Origin: Cycas panzhihuaensis
Lineage: Eukaryota; Plantae; Cycadophyta
Direction of reading: 5' to 3'
Assembly: GCA_023213395.1 (NCBI GenBank)
Contig: CM041465.1
Span: 62,001-126,000 of the forward strand
Length of the DNA: 64,000 bases
Numbering within the stretch: position 1 is the stretch's first letter; each line of letters opens with the position of its first letter. The position numbers and the translations under genes are program-made. Below, piece after piece: positions 26,689 through 39,156 of the stretch. Under the pieces are notes generated by a model, which was given only the letters and a program-made list of their open reading frames with translations, did no database searches and had not been told where the DNA came from.

Positions 26689-27399
26689 CTACGAAAACCC
26701 ACCTGAGCGCTATCCACGCCAGAAACATACATACTCTTCTACAAAGGTTAACCCAACCAATAACACCATACGGTATCATAGCACAACAAGAGGGGTGGCC
26801 AAGACTTCATCAATAACTAACATCATCATTACAGACCAGAGAGAGAACCGCTTCGCCACCAACGCCATCAACATAATCAACAACTAGAAGCAAACAAGAG
26901 AGGCACAACACAACCGGCTCGATTAGATTTGCCCGCGCACATCACGGAGCGCCCACGATGACGCAGAATCTAGAGGCCTGCCTAAATGGAAAGATGATAA
27001 TCTTTCCGCGACGCCCGTGTGATAAGAGATGCCATCCTTAAGGCTCACACATGAAGCGAACATACAAATCAAACAAAGAGAGCATCGAGAGCTTGAGGAG
27101 GTCAACCGCAAATAGAGAAACCCATCCGACAAACATGTGCAAAAAGACTAAGCGCCAACAAAAATCCCAAGGTGGACCAACCATACAAGCGATCAAGAAA
27201 TACAAAGGTCAACCGACCATTATCTCAATTTGAGTAATAACGTTTCAAGAGAGCATAACCTGAGGAGTCCGCCACCCGTATATGGCGTAAACGATTCACT
27301 CATCTAGGCAACCGAGACAATGGAAGACTTCAATCCGAGGACACGATGCGCCGCAATAACGCACTCGCGCAACATGGACACAAAGGTCGCTAAAGCCCG

Positions 27400-30300
27400 A
27401 GGCCAATGTCAAGGACCCGACATGAAGCACAAAAAACCACCATCGCAATTGCCCGAAATCACAACAAGCCCGCTGCGGTAAGGCCAACGCACCGCCGCCA
27501 AATAAATCACCGCTGCCATGAATCATAGTCCTTTGAAGGTGCCACACCATCACCAAAAGAAAACGCACAACACGCTTGACAAAAAGGCCCAAGGCCGACA
27601 CCATAAATACAAAGGTGCCCAAATCACTGAGGTGAACGTGCCACCGAACGGCCTACGATCTCTAAGACAAGGATTCACCACCGCCACGACCGCTCATTAA
27701 TCGCCGAGGTTCACAAAGGGTCCGCCTCGCCATCCCTGTGCAATGCTCGGAAACATGAAGCACAAGGACATGCTTCATGCCGCCAAAGCCAGTATAAGGG
27801 TCTGCTCACGCAGAGGCCAACGCCTCCCCCGTCACCAAAGATAAATCACCGCGCCATAGCCGCCAAAATAATACGGACGCCATCGGTGCCACCTCATGCG
27901 CTACGATGGACCGAACATCGCAACACGCCGACCGACCTAACAAGGGCCCAAGGCCAATGCTCTGAGGGACCCGAAATGCAAAGGAACGCCATGTTTCAGA
28001 CGAATCGAGCCGAGGACACAATAAAGGGTCCGCCCACCGAGGCCTCCGCTCTCCCAGCAGCGAATCACCCCGCCTCAAGGAAGCCGAACATGAAGCACAA
28101 GGAACGCCACGATTCGTTATTGAACCAAAGCAACCACAAAATAAGGGTCTCGCCCGCATGCAGGGACAACGCCCCCCCTCCCGGCCGATCGATAAACCAC
28201 CGCCTGCCATGAGCTCCAAACAATAATACGGACGGTCTTTATCGAAGGTGCCACCCCATGCGCTAAAGATGGACAACACGCAAACTGCCGACCGACCTAA
28301 CAAAGGCCCAAGGCCAATGCCTGAGGGACCCGATCAAGCGCAAAGGAACGCCATGTTTCGCACGTAATTGAGCCGAGGACTCAACAAGGGTCCGCCCACC
28401 GAGCAGGCCTAGGGTTCCTCTCCGCCAAAGACAAAGAAAAATCACCGCCTGAGCCGCCAAATAATCGCTCAACTTCACAGAAGGTCACCGCCCCCTGTGC
28501 CAATGCTCGTAAGAACCGAACATGAAGCACAAGGAACGCCACGATTCGCGCGCTTATCAACCAAAGCAATCACAAAATAAGGGTCCATTCGCAGGGACAA
28601 CGCCCCCTACCGCCAATCGATAAATCACCGCCCGCCATGAGTCCGCCAATAATAACACGGACGATCTTTATCGGTGCCACCATGCGCTACAAAGATGGAC
28701 CGAACACGCGCAACTCGCCGATCGACTCCAACAAAGGCCCAAGGCCAATGCTCTGAGGGACCCGGATCAAGCGCAAAGGAACGAGCCATGTTTCGCACGT
28801 AATCGAGTGAGGACTCACTAATAAGGGTCCGCCCACCGAGCGGCCTAGGGTCTCGCCAAGACAAAGAAAATCACCGCTTCCAAGCCGCTTAATCGCCTAA
28901 CTCAGAAGGGTCTCCCCCGCCTGTGCCAATGCTTCAAGAACCAACATGAAGCACAAGGGAACGCCACGATTCGCGCTTATTGAACCAAAGCAACCACAAA
29001 GTAGGGGTCCGTCTGCAGGACAACGCCCCTACCCCAATCGAGCAATCACCGCCATGAGCTTCCGCCAATAATAATACGGACGCTCTTTATCGAAGATGCC
29101 ACCTCATGCGCTACAAGATGGACCGAACACGCGAACTCGTCCGACCGACCTAACAAAGGCCCAAGGCCAATGCTCTGAGGGACCAATCAAGCGCAGAGGA
29201 ACGAGGCCATGTTTCGCACGGAGTTGAGCCGAAGGACTCACGAAATAAGGGTCCGTCCACCGAGCGGGGCATAGGGTCCCCCCAGCCAACACAAAGAAAA
29301 ATCACCGCCTTCCAGAGCCGCTAAGATAATCGCCTGGAACTCGCAGAAAGGACCCCCGCCGCCCCCTGTGCCAATGCTTAAGAACCGAACATGAAGCACA
29401 AGGAACGCCACTATTCGCGCTGCTTATGGAACCAAAGCAACCACAAAATAAGGGTCTGCTCGCTCTCGCAGTGGACAACGCCCCCTCACCGGGCCAATCG
29501 ACAAATCGTCACCCGCCATGTAGCTCCTGCCAATAATAATACGGACGCTGTTTTCTATCCGGGAAAGCTACCTCATGCGCTACAAAGATGGAACCGAACA
29601 CGCCGCAGAATCTCCGTCGACCGACGGCCTAACAAAGGCCCAAGGCCAACGCCGAGGACCCGGAATTTGCTGCCAGAGGAACGCGCTACCATGTTTCAGC
29701 CAGAACGCACTGAAAGCCAGACTTCACGCACAACAGCGGGGCCTGCTCCACCGGAAGCGGGCTTCAGTGGGTCCCCCGCAAGCACAAAGAAAATCACCGC
29801 CTTCCACGAGCCGCTTTTGCGTATAATCAAGCTTTCGCCGAAACAACTTCGCGTGAAGGCGGGCCTCGCCCGCCACCCCTGTGCCAATGCTCAAGAACCG
29901 AACATGAAGCACAAGGATCGTGGCCATGAGATTCGCAGCGCGAATGGAACTAAAGCAATTCACAAAATAAGGGTCCGTCTGGCTGTGTGGACAACGCCCC
30001 CCACCGGCCAATCGAGCAAATCATCGCCGCCATGAGTTTCAAGCCAACAATAATACGGACGCTGCTTTTACTCCTGAGGTGCCACTCATAAAGTGCTACA
30101 AAGATGGACCGAACACGCTGCAACCTCGGGCCGACCGACCTAACAAAGGCGCTGGGCTGCGGCTAATGCCTTGAGGGACCGGGATCAGCAAAGCGCAGCA
30201 ACGCTACAGCCATGTTTCGCACGTAATTGAGCCAGAGGACTCGAGGAATAAGGTCCGCCCCACCGAAGCAAGGCTCTAAGGCCTCCCCCGCCAAAGACAA

Positions 30301-31570
30301 AAAGAAATCACCGCCTAGGAGCCCTTTGCGATAATCGCCTCATCATCGAATCACAGAAGGTCCGTCCCGGGCCGCCCCTGTGCCAATGCTCGTAAGAACC
30401 GAACATGAAGCGACAAGGAGACGCGCCATGATTCGCGTGATTTTGAACCAAAGCACTCAAAATAAGGGTTCTGGTTCGCTGCAGTAGTGGACAACGCCCT
30501 CTACCGGGCCGATCGAGCAACGTCAATGGGCCGCCACCACGCCGCAATAATACACACGGACGCCTGCTCTATCAAGGTGCTACTCATGCGCGCACATAAG
30601 ATGGACCGAACGCGTTGGCGCGGGGCTCGCCTCTACCCCCGTGCCAAAGCAATGCTCGAAGTAACCGAACATGAAGCACAAGGTTAATACCGCATGCTAC
30701 GATTCCAGGCGCTTTAGTCGAATCCAAAGCAATCAATAAACAGTGGTCCGCCCGCCGTGTGTGGACAACGCCCCCTACCGGCCAATCGATAAATCACCGC
30801 CCGCCATGAGTCGTGCCAACAATAATACGTGACGTTTTTATCTGAAAGTGCCACCTTACAAAGTTACAAAGATGGACCGAACACGCGCAACTCGTCCGAC
30901 CGAGACGCAACAAAGGCCCAAGGCCAATGCGTTCTGAGGGACCCGACCAGTAGGCAGCCAACGCGCCACAGCCAGGTATCACCTGCATCGGAGCCAGAGG
31001 ACTCAAGGAATAAGGGTCCGGCCCACCGAAAGTCTCTGGTTGGCGTCTCCCCCGCCAAAGACAAAAAAATCACCGCCGCTAGAGCCCTTCTTTTATGCAT
31101 AATCAAGCCTGCCATCGAATTTTCGCGTAGTGGCCGTACTGGGCCGCCGCCCCTGTGCCAATGCTCGTAAGAACCGAACATGAAGCTAATAAGGAGATCG
31201 GGCCATCGATCTGGGCAAGATTTCTTGAACCAAAGCAACTCAAAAATAAGGGTCCGCTCGCTGCGTGGATGACCGCCCTCTCCTACCTACCGATCGATAA
31301 ATCACCGCCACCACGGCCAATACATACACATACGACGCTGCCTCTTTCATCGGCGTGCCACCTCATGCGCTACGAAGATGGACCGAACGCGCCAAGAACT
31401 CGCCGACCGACCCAACAAAGGCGTCAAGCGCCAATGCGTCGGAGGACCCGATCAAGGTTGCCAGCGAACGCGCCATGTTTCGCACGTACTACTGAGCCAG
31501 CCGAGGACCTTGGCCGAATAAGGGTCCGCCCACCCGAGCGGGCCTAGGGTTCCCCTCGCCAAAGACAAGA
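27400..31570. repeat. IGS ~460-bp subrepeat array, unit 1 (noisy)
   Basis: Recurring GAACCGAACATGAAGCACAAGGAACG and CCGACCTAACAAAGGCCCAAGGCCAATGCTC at ~430-500 bp spacing. Confidence 0.85.
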
Positions 31571-31599
31571 AAAAACACCTGGCTCGCCAGAGTCAGCAG

Positions 31600-34500
31600 T
31601 GCCCGCCCCACCCCAAGAGGGACACCACCGAAAGGGAGCCCGCCACACACCCCCAACCGAAAGAGAGAAAAAGACAACAAAACATCCAAAGGGAGAAATG
31701 ACCAAAGAATAATGAGGAAATTAACAATGAAATTAAACAAGAGCGAAACGCATGAGGGGGAGACAAAAATGGAAGTGGTGAAGACAAACAAGACAATTGA
31801 GACTTCCCTCAAAAGGGCTAGCACAGAACAAGACAAACGGGTATCGGGGGAGGAGCGCATCCCAAATATGTGCTGGGGGTGAAAGAGCAGGCGTAACTGG
31901 TTGGGAGGGTGAACGAGAAGGACGCTTTTGGGCACGAGGTGGTAAACAGCCCATCCGGTGTGCACTTAGGAAGAGGGGGATGCGTGAAAAGCATCTGCCC
32001 CACCCCAAGAGGGACACCACCGAAAGGGAGCCCGCCACACACCCCCAACCGAAAGAAAGAAAACAGACAATGAAACATCCAAAGGGGAGAAATGACCAAA
32101 GAACAATGAGAAGGAAAACAACCCAAATAAAAGGAAAACGACGAGGGTAGACAAAAATGGAAGGGGTGAAGACAAACAAGACAATTGGGAACTCCATAAA
32201 AAAGGGTGCCACGCAACAAGACAAATGGGCATCGGGGGAGGAACGCGTCCCAAATATGTGCTGCGGGTGAAAGAGCGATGCCATAACCCGTGTTGGGAGG
32301 GGAAATGATACGGGACATGTCTTTGGGCACGAGGTGGTAAACGGCCCGTCCGGCAGTACTTAAAAAAATGGGGATGCGCGCAAAGCATCTGCCCCACCCC
32401 AAGAGGGACACCACCGAAAGGGAGCCCGCCACACACCCCCAACCGAAAGAAAGAAAACAGATAATGAAACATCCAAAGGGGAGAAATGACCAGCACAATG
32501 AGAAAATTAAACAATTTCAAACAAGAGCGAAACGACGAGGGGAGACAAAATGGAAGTGGCGAAGACAAACAAGACAACTTATACTTCCCCCAAAAAGGGT
32601 GCCACGGAATAAGACAAACGAGCATCGGGGGAGGGAGGCATCCCAAATATGTGCCGGGGTGAAAGAAAAGCGCCGTAACTGGGTTGGGAGGGGAAACGAT
32701 ACGGGACGTGTCTCTGGGCACGAGGTGGTAAACGACCAGCCCAATGCGGACTTAGGAAGTGGGGGATGCGCGCAAAGCATCTGCCCCACCCCAAGAGGGA
32801 CACCATCGAGAGTTCGCCACACACCCCCCCCAGAGAAAGAAAGAAAATAGACAACGAAACATCCAAAGGGAGGAATGACCAAAGAAAATGAGAAAATTAA
32901 ATCCCAAATAAGAGCGAAACGCACGAGGGGAGACAAAATGGAAGTGGTGAAGACAAACAAGACAATTGGGACTTTCACAAAAGGTGCTACTTAACAAGAC
33001 AAACGGGCATCGGGGGTGGAACACGTCCCAAATATATGCTGGGGGTGAAAGAGCGGCGCTAGAACCCGGGTTGGGAGGGCAAATGATACAGGACGTGTCT
33101 TTGGGCACGAGGTGGTAAACGACCCATCCGGTGTGCACTTAGGAAAGAGGGGGATGCGCGCAAAGCATCTGCCCCACCCTAAGAGGGACACCACCGAAAG
33201 GGAGCCCGCCACACACCCCCAACCGAAAGAGAGAAAACAGACAACGAAACATCCAAAGGGGAGAAATGACCAAAGAATAATGAGAAAATTAAAACCCAAA
33301 CAAGAGCAAAACGAGGGGGAGACAAAATGGAAGTGGTGAAGACAAACAAGACAATTGGGACTTCCTCAAAAGGGCTGGGTTAACAAAGACAAACGGCATC
33401 GTGGGAGGAACGCGTCCCAAATATGTCCGGGGTGAAAGAGCGCCGTAACCCGGGTTGGGAGGGGAAACGATACAGGACGTGTCTTTGGTCACGAGGTGGT
33501 AAACGGCCCATCCGGCAGGACTTAGGAAGAGGGGATGCGCGCAAAGCATCTGCCCCACCCCAAGAGGGACACCACCGAGAGGGAGCCCGCCACACACCCC
33601 TAACCGAAAGAAAGAAAACAGACAACGAAACATCCAAAGGGGAGAAATGACCAGCAACAATGAGAAAATTAAACTACCCAAACAAGAGCGAAACGCACGA
33701 GGGGGAGACAAACATGGGAGGGGTGAAGACAAACAAGACAATTGGGACTTCCGTCAAAAAGGGTACCACGAAACAAGACAAATGGGCATCAAGGGAGGTA
33801 CGCATCCCAAATATGTGCTGGGGGTGAAAGAGTAGTGCCAGAACCCAGGTTGGGAGGGGAAATGATACGAGACATGCTTTGGGCACGAGGTGGTAAACAA
33901 CCCTTCCGCTACGCACTTAGGAAGAGGGGGATGCGCGCAAAGCATCTGCCCCACCCCAAGAGGGACACCACCGAAAGGGAGCCCGCCACACAGCCCCAGC
34001 CGAAGGAAAGAAAACAAACGAAACATCAAAAGGGAAGAATTGACCAGCAACAATGGGAAATTAAACAGCCCAAACAAGAGGAAAATGCACGAGGGGAAGA
34101 CAAAAACGGAAGCTGTGAAGACAAACAAGACAATTGGGACTTCCCTCAAAAGGGTTGGCACGGAACAAGACAAACGGGCATCCCAAAAATGTGCTGGGGG
34201 TGAAAGAGCAGCGCCAGAACCTGGGTTGGGAGGGAGAATGGTACGGGACGTGTCTTTGGGCACGAGGTGGTAAACGGCCCGTCCGGTGCGCACTTAGGAA
34301 GAGGGGGATGCGCGCAAAGCATCTGCCCCACCCCAAGAGGGACACCACCGAAAGGGAGGCCGCAACACACCCCCAACGGAAAGAAAGAAAACAGACAACA
34401 AAACATCCAAATGGCAGAATTGACCAGCAACAATGGGAAAAACAAACACCCCAAACAAGAGGGAAGCGCACCAAGGGGAGACAAAAATGGAAGGGGCGAA

Positions 34501-35250
34501 GACAAACAAGACAATTGGGACTTCCGTCAAAAAGGGTGCCACGTAACAAGACAAACAGGCATGAGGGGGGGAAGGCATCCCAAATATGTGCTGGGGGTGA
34601 AAGAGCAGCGCCAGAACCTGGGTTGGGTGGGGGAATGATACGGGACGTGTCCTTGGCCCATGGGTGGTAAACAACCCATCCGGTGCGCACTTAGGAAGAG
34701 GGGGATGCGCGCAAAGCATCTGCCCCATCTCAAGAGGGACACCACCAAAAGGGAGCCCAACACCTACACCCAAGACAAAGAAAGAAAACAGACAACGAAA
34801 CATCCAAAGGGGAGAAACAAGAGGGAAACACACGAGGGGGAGACAAAAACGGAAGGGGTAAAGAGAAACAAGACAATTGGGACTTCTGTCAAAAAGGGTG
34901 CCACCCAACAAGACAAACGGGCATCGGGTGGGGGGGAGCATCCCAAACATGTGCTGGGGGTGAAAGAGTAGCGCCAGAACCCAGGTTGGGAGGGAGAATG
35001 ATACAGGATGTGTCTTTGGGCACGAGGTTATAAATAGCCCGTCCGATGCGCACTTAGAAAGAGGGGAATGCGCGCAAAGCATCTGCCCCACCCCAAGAGG
35101 GACACCACTAAAAGGGAGGACGCCGCACACCCCCAACCGAAAGAAAACAGACAACGAAACATCCAAAGGGGAGAATTGACCAGCAATAATGGGAAAAACA
35201 AATAGCCCAAACAAGAGGGAAACGCACGAGGGGGAGACAAAAGTGGAAGG
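31600..35250. repeat. IGS ~385-bp subrepeat array, unit 1 (10 copies)
   Basis: AAGAGGGACACCA at ~31615, 32007, 32401, 32793, 33181, 33562, 33958, 34335, 34732 and 35095. Confidence 0.92.
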
Positions 35251-36497
35251 GGTGAAGACAAACAAGACAATTGGGACTTCCGTCAAAAAGGGTGCCATGG
35301 AACAAGACAAACGGGCATCGGGGGGAGGCATCCCAAATATGTGCTGGGGGTGAAAGAGCAGCGCCAAAACCTGGGTTGGGAGGGAGAATTGTACGGGACG
35401 TGTCTTTGGGCCTGAGGGGTGGAAGACAAACAAGACAATTGGGACTTCCGTCAAAAAGGGTGCCACGGAACAAGACAAACGGGCATCGGGGGGGAAGGGG
35501 GCGTCCCAAATATGTGCTGGGGGTGAAAGAGCAGCGCCCAAACCTGGGTTGGGAGGGAGAATTGTACGGGATGTGTCTTTGGGCCCAAGGGGTGAAGACA
35601 AACAAGACAATTGGGACTTCCGTAAAAAAGGGTGCCACGGAACAAGACAAACGGGCATCCGGGAAGGCCCCAAATATGTGCTGGGGGTGAAAGAGCAGCG
35701 CCAAAACTTGGGTTGGGAGGGAGAACAGTACGGGACATGTCTTTGGGCCCAAGGGGTGAAGACAAACAAGACAATTGGGACTTCCGTCAAAAAGGGTGCC
35801 ACGGAACAAGACAAACGGGCATGGGGGGGGAAGGGGGCGTCCCAAATATGTGCTGGGGGTGAAAGAGCAGCGCCCAAACCTGGGTTGGGAGGGAGAAATG
35901 TATGGGACGTGTCTTTGGGCCCGAGGGGTGAAGACAAACAAGACAATTGGGACTTCCGTAAAAAAGGGTGCCACGGAACAAGACAAACGGGCATGGGGGG
36001 GGGAAGGGGGCATCCCAAATATGTGCTGGGGGTGAAAGAGTAGCGCCAAAACCTGGGTTGGGAGAGAGAATTGTACAGGACGCGGTCTTTGGCCCCGAGG
36101 GGGGAAGACAAAAAAGACAATTGGGACTCCCACCAAAGGGTGCCTGTAACAAGACAAACGGGCATCGGGGGGGCCCCAAATATGTGCTAGGGTGAAAGAG
36201 CAATACCAAACCTCGGGTTAGAGGGAGAACAAGACGGACGTGTCTTTGGGCCCGATGGGTGAAGACAAACAAGACAATTGGGACTTCCGTCAAAAAGGGT
36301 GCCATGGAACAAGACTAACAGGCATCGAGGGGGGGGAGGGGGAAGAGGCCATCCCAAATATGTGCTGGGGGTGAAAGAGCAGCGCCCAAACCTGGGTTGG
36401 GAGGGAGAAATGTACGGGACGTGTCTTTGGGCCCGAGGGGTGAAGACAAAGAAGACAATTGGGACTTCCGTCAAAAAGGGTGCCATGGAACAAGACA
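35250..36497. repeat. IGS ~170-bp subrepeat array, unit 1
   Basis: GAAGACAAA(C/A/G)AAGACAATTGGGACT at ~35255, 35422, 35594, 35758, 35930, 36104, 36261 and 36442. Confidence 0.92.
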
Positions 36498-36884
36498 AAC
36501 GAGGTGGGGTTTCCGCGAATGAAGTGCAGCGCTTTCCACCAAGTCCACAACGAAGTGGGGTTTCCGCGAACGAAGGCCAGAGCGTTCCACCAAGTCCACA
36601 ACGAAGTGGGGTTTCCGCGAACGAAGGCCAGAGCATTCCACCAAGTCCACAACGAAGTGGGGTTTCTACGAACGAAGGCCGGAGCATTCCACCAAGTCCA
36701 CAACGAAGTGGGCTTTCCACAAATGAAGGCCAGAGCGTTCCACCAAGTCCACAATGAAGTGGGGTTTCCGCGAATGAAGGCCAGAGCGTTCCACCAAGTC
36801 CACAACGAAGTGGGGATTCCACGAACGAAGGCCAGAGCGTTCCATCGTCCAAGTCCATAAAAAAATGAAGTGTGATTTCTTCTG
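36498..36884 (-). repeat. 60-bp subrepeats, inverted (left) arm, IGS 1 (~6 copies)
   Basis: CCACCAAGTCCACAACGAAGTGGGGTTTCCGCGAACGAAGGCCAGAGCGTT units; reverse complement of ~40283-40660. Confidence 0.92.
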
Positions 36885-37165
36885 ATTTTCATCGTTTATC
36901 GCCATTTTATAGCCGTTTTAACCATTTCCAAACCGATTTTGATCGTTATGTTCATTTTATAGCCGTTTTAACCAATTTTCATCGTCTATGGCCATTTTAC
37001 AGCTGTTTTAGCTATTTCCAAACTGATTTTGATCATTCATGGCCATTTTACAGCTACCTTAACTGTTTCTGAGCTGATTTTGATTGTTTATGGTCATTTG
37101 TGAGCCATTTTTACTGTTTCTGAAACTGTTTTGACCGTTTCTAGCCATACTGATCGTTTTATTCG
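36880..37165. repeat. T-rich degenerate tandem repeats, IGS 1
   Basis: Repeating GATTTT(C/G)ATCGT..ATGGCCATTTTACAGC. Confidence 0.8.
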
Positions 37166-39156
37166 GCAACACCTATGCGCCAAAAGTAACCGGTTGCCTC
37201 GAAACCAAACATGCAATCGAGGCAAAGGGACTAATGGCCTGCGCTGCTCCTTGGCGTGATTAGCAGCCTCCGAACCAAGCGACTGTAAGAGGGGACCCAA
37301 GAAACCAAAACGTCCAGATACATGCCAGAGGCAGAGAAAAACATCCCATATATGTGCTGGGGGTGAAAGACTGCCCCAACCACCTGGGTCGAGAAGCTCA
37401 TTGGTATGGTACGTGTCTTTTGGTTAAAGGCTACAAACGGCCTATCTAGTACCCAGTTAGGGAAAACGAGTTGAGACCAAAAGGACCGCTTCTCTTGGAA
37501 ACAGCCATGTAGTGGGTGCAACGAGCCTAATGAAGCCGGGCTCTTCCCAGACACGGATCGACTCAAGAAATGGGTGAGTCGAAAATGGAGACCAGTAACC
37601 CAAAACTTATACATCGCAGTTATGGGTGAAGGCACGAACACCTACCGAGTTAAGATTGTTGTTGATAGGGGACGTGAGCTTTGGCACAAAAAGGCCCGAT
37701 TGGTGCAAACCCGGAAAACGACAAATGAGGAACTATTCCTCGCCAGGATCCGACCTACTCAACCCACCTCCACAAGCAAAATAGTAGGCTCGCCGAGCAA
37801 ACCGTCACCCGTGGAAAATAGTCTCAGAGGTCGGGTCCGTGAACGAGCCGCCGTAAGAATGAGAACTAAGAATCGAATGCATCCCTACGGATGTGCACGG
37901 GGAAGACGCCCAGCCCAACAACCTCGGCTATGAGGGTTACCGATACGGGACGTGTCTTTTCGCCGGACGGGGTCCGTGGCGCCTCACAAAACGGGACCAA
38001 GAACCGGGCGTCTCTACATGTGCCCGGGGAAGAGGCCTGGACCGCTGGCTGGGTTGGGAGGTTTCCCGATGCGGGACGTATCTTTTGTCCAGACCGACGC
38101 CATAAACAAGACGCTCAGGAAACGACCACCGGCAACCGGAGGCGTCCACACATGTGGCCGGGGAGGTGGCTGATCCCAAAATAGAGCTTAATTGGTGAAG
38201 AAGTCAATTATCAACCTTTCTCCTTGAGATCCTAGGAGATAGTGTAGAAATCCCAATAACATCAAAACAAGAATGAGCCCACAAAAGGAAATTCTACACC
38301 AAATCATTTATAATTGCCATTGCTCCAAATGTAAGTATGAAGAGTAATACTTTTATTAAACTATAAAAATCTCTATTTAATGGTGGAGAAAACAACTAGC
38401 GAAAGAATGGTCAAATTACAAGGAATAGATGATGCAATTATACCGTAAGCGGGACTCCAACCCTCCAAAATGCTTCTCCAAGGACGATTCCCAAGTTAAG
38501 TGCCTTTCACCTTCAAGAACCGAGTCTCCAAACATGTAAATGAGCTCAAGAGGGCTCAACTACTAGAAAGAAACCCAAATTGCATGTTTAACAAGTGGCA
38601 ATCATACAAGTATAACCACTAACAACCGGAATACATGTTGTCCAAGTGGCCTTCATGCAATTCTTAAAAATTGTACCTTGTACCTAGGCTTAACAAACTC
38701 CAATTCATCTCAATTTTGGTGTACCTATAGGAACACATGTCCCCTTCCCTTCCTCAAGCTTTTAGCTTATTTGGATGCCATTTGACTACATTTTCATTGA
38801 TTTAATGATAGTATGTATTTGTTATTTTTCTGCTGGCGCTGGGATCAATTTTCTGCAAACACAAGGCTTGAAATCTAATCAAATGATATTTTCTGAACCC
38901 CACCTTTTGTGCACATGTAGTGGGATGTGTCTTTTTCCTTTCCAAAAAATTTCATGTAAGCCCGATACCATTTGGCCCTATCTCTTTCAGTTATTCCAAT
39001 GCCTAGCATTTTCTGCGTGTTGTAGACATATGATAGATCCTCCTAACATTTTCTGCCTCCCGTAAACATAATGGTAGATCCTCCTGGATCAGCGGCTCAC
39101 CCCACCGACCTGGGTCAGGAGGGTTCCCAGTACGGGACTAGTCCTTTCTCCGGACC

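Noticed and set aside
26690-27040. Apparently novel sequence at 26690-27040 and 47870-48290
   Set aside because: The two segments share scattered anchors (AAGAGAGGCACAACA, GAAAGATGATAATCTTT, CCATCCTTAAGG), so they are most likely the same IGS segment in low-quality consensus.
34294-36165. 623-aa ORF and many overlapping long ORFs in 31500-36900, 39800-41000 and 52600-59000
   Set aside because: These are translations of stop-poor tandem subrepeats, open in several frames, with repetitive peptides and no domain signature.
36498-36884. CRISPR-like appearance of the regular ~60-bp repeats
   Set aside because: There are no unique spacers and no cas genes, and the context is eukaryotic rDNA.
37514-37550. 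GGGTGCAACGAG...CTTCCCAG, resembling the reverse complement of the 5S rRNA 3' end (possible linked 5S-35S arrangement)
   Set aside because: The similarity is two short words with the wrong spacing, and the rest of 5S (A/C boxes, GATCCCATCAGAACTCC) is absent. I saw no 5S gene in any IGS; an Infernal RF00001 scan would settle it.
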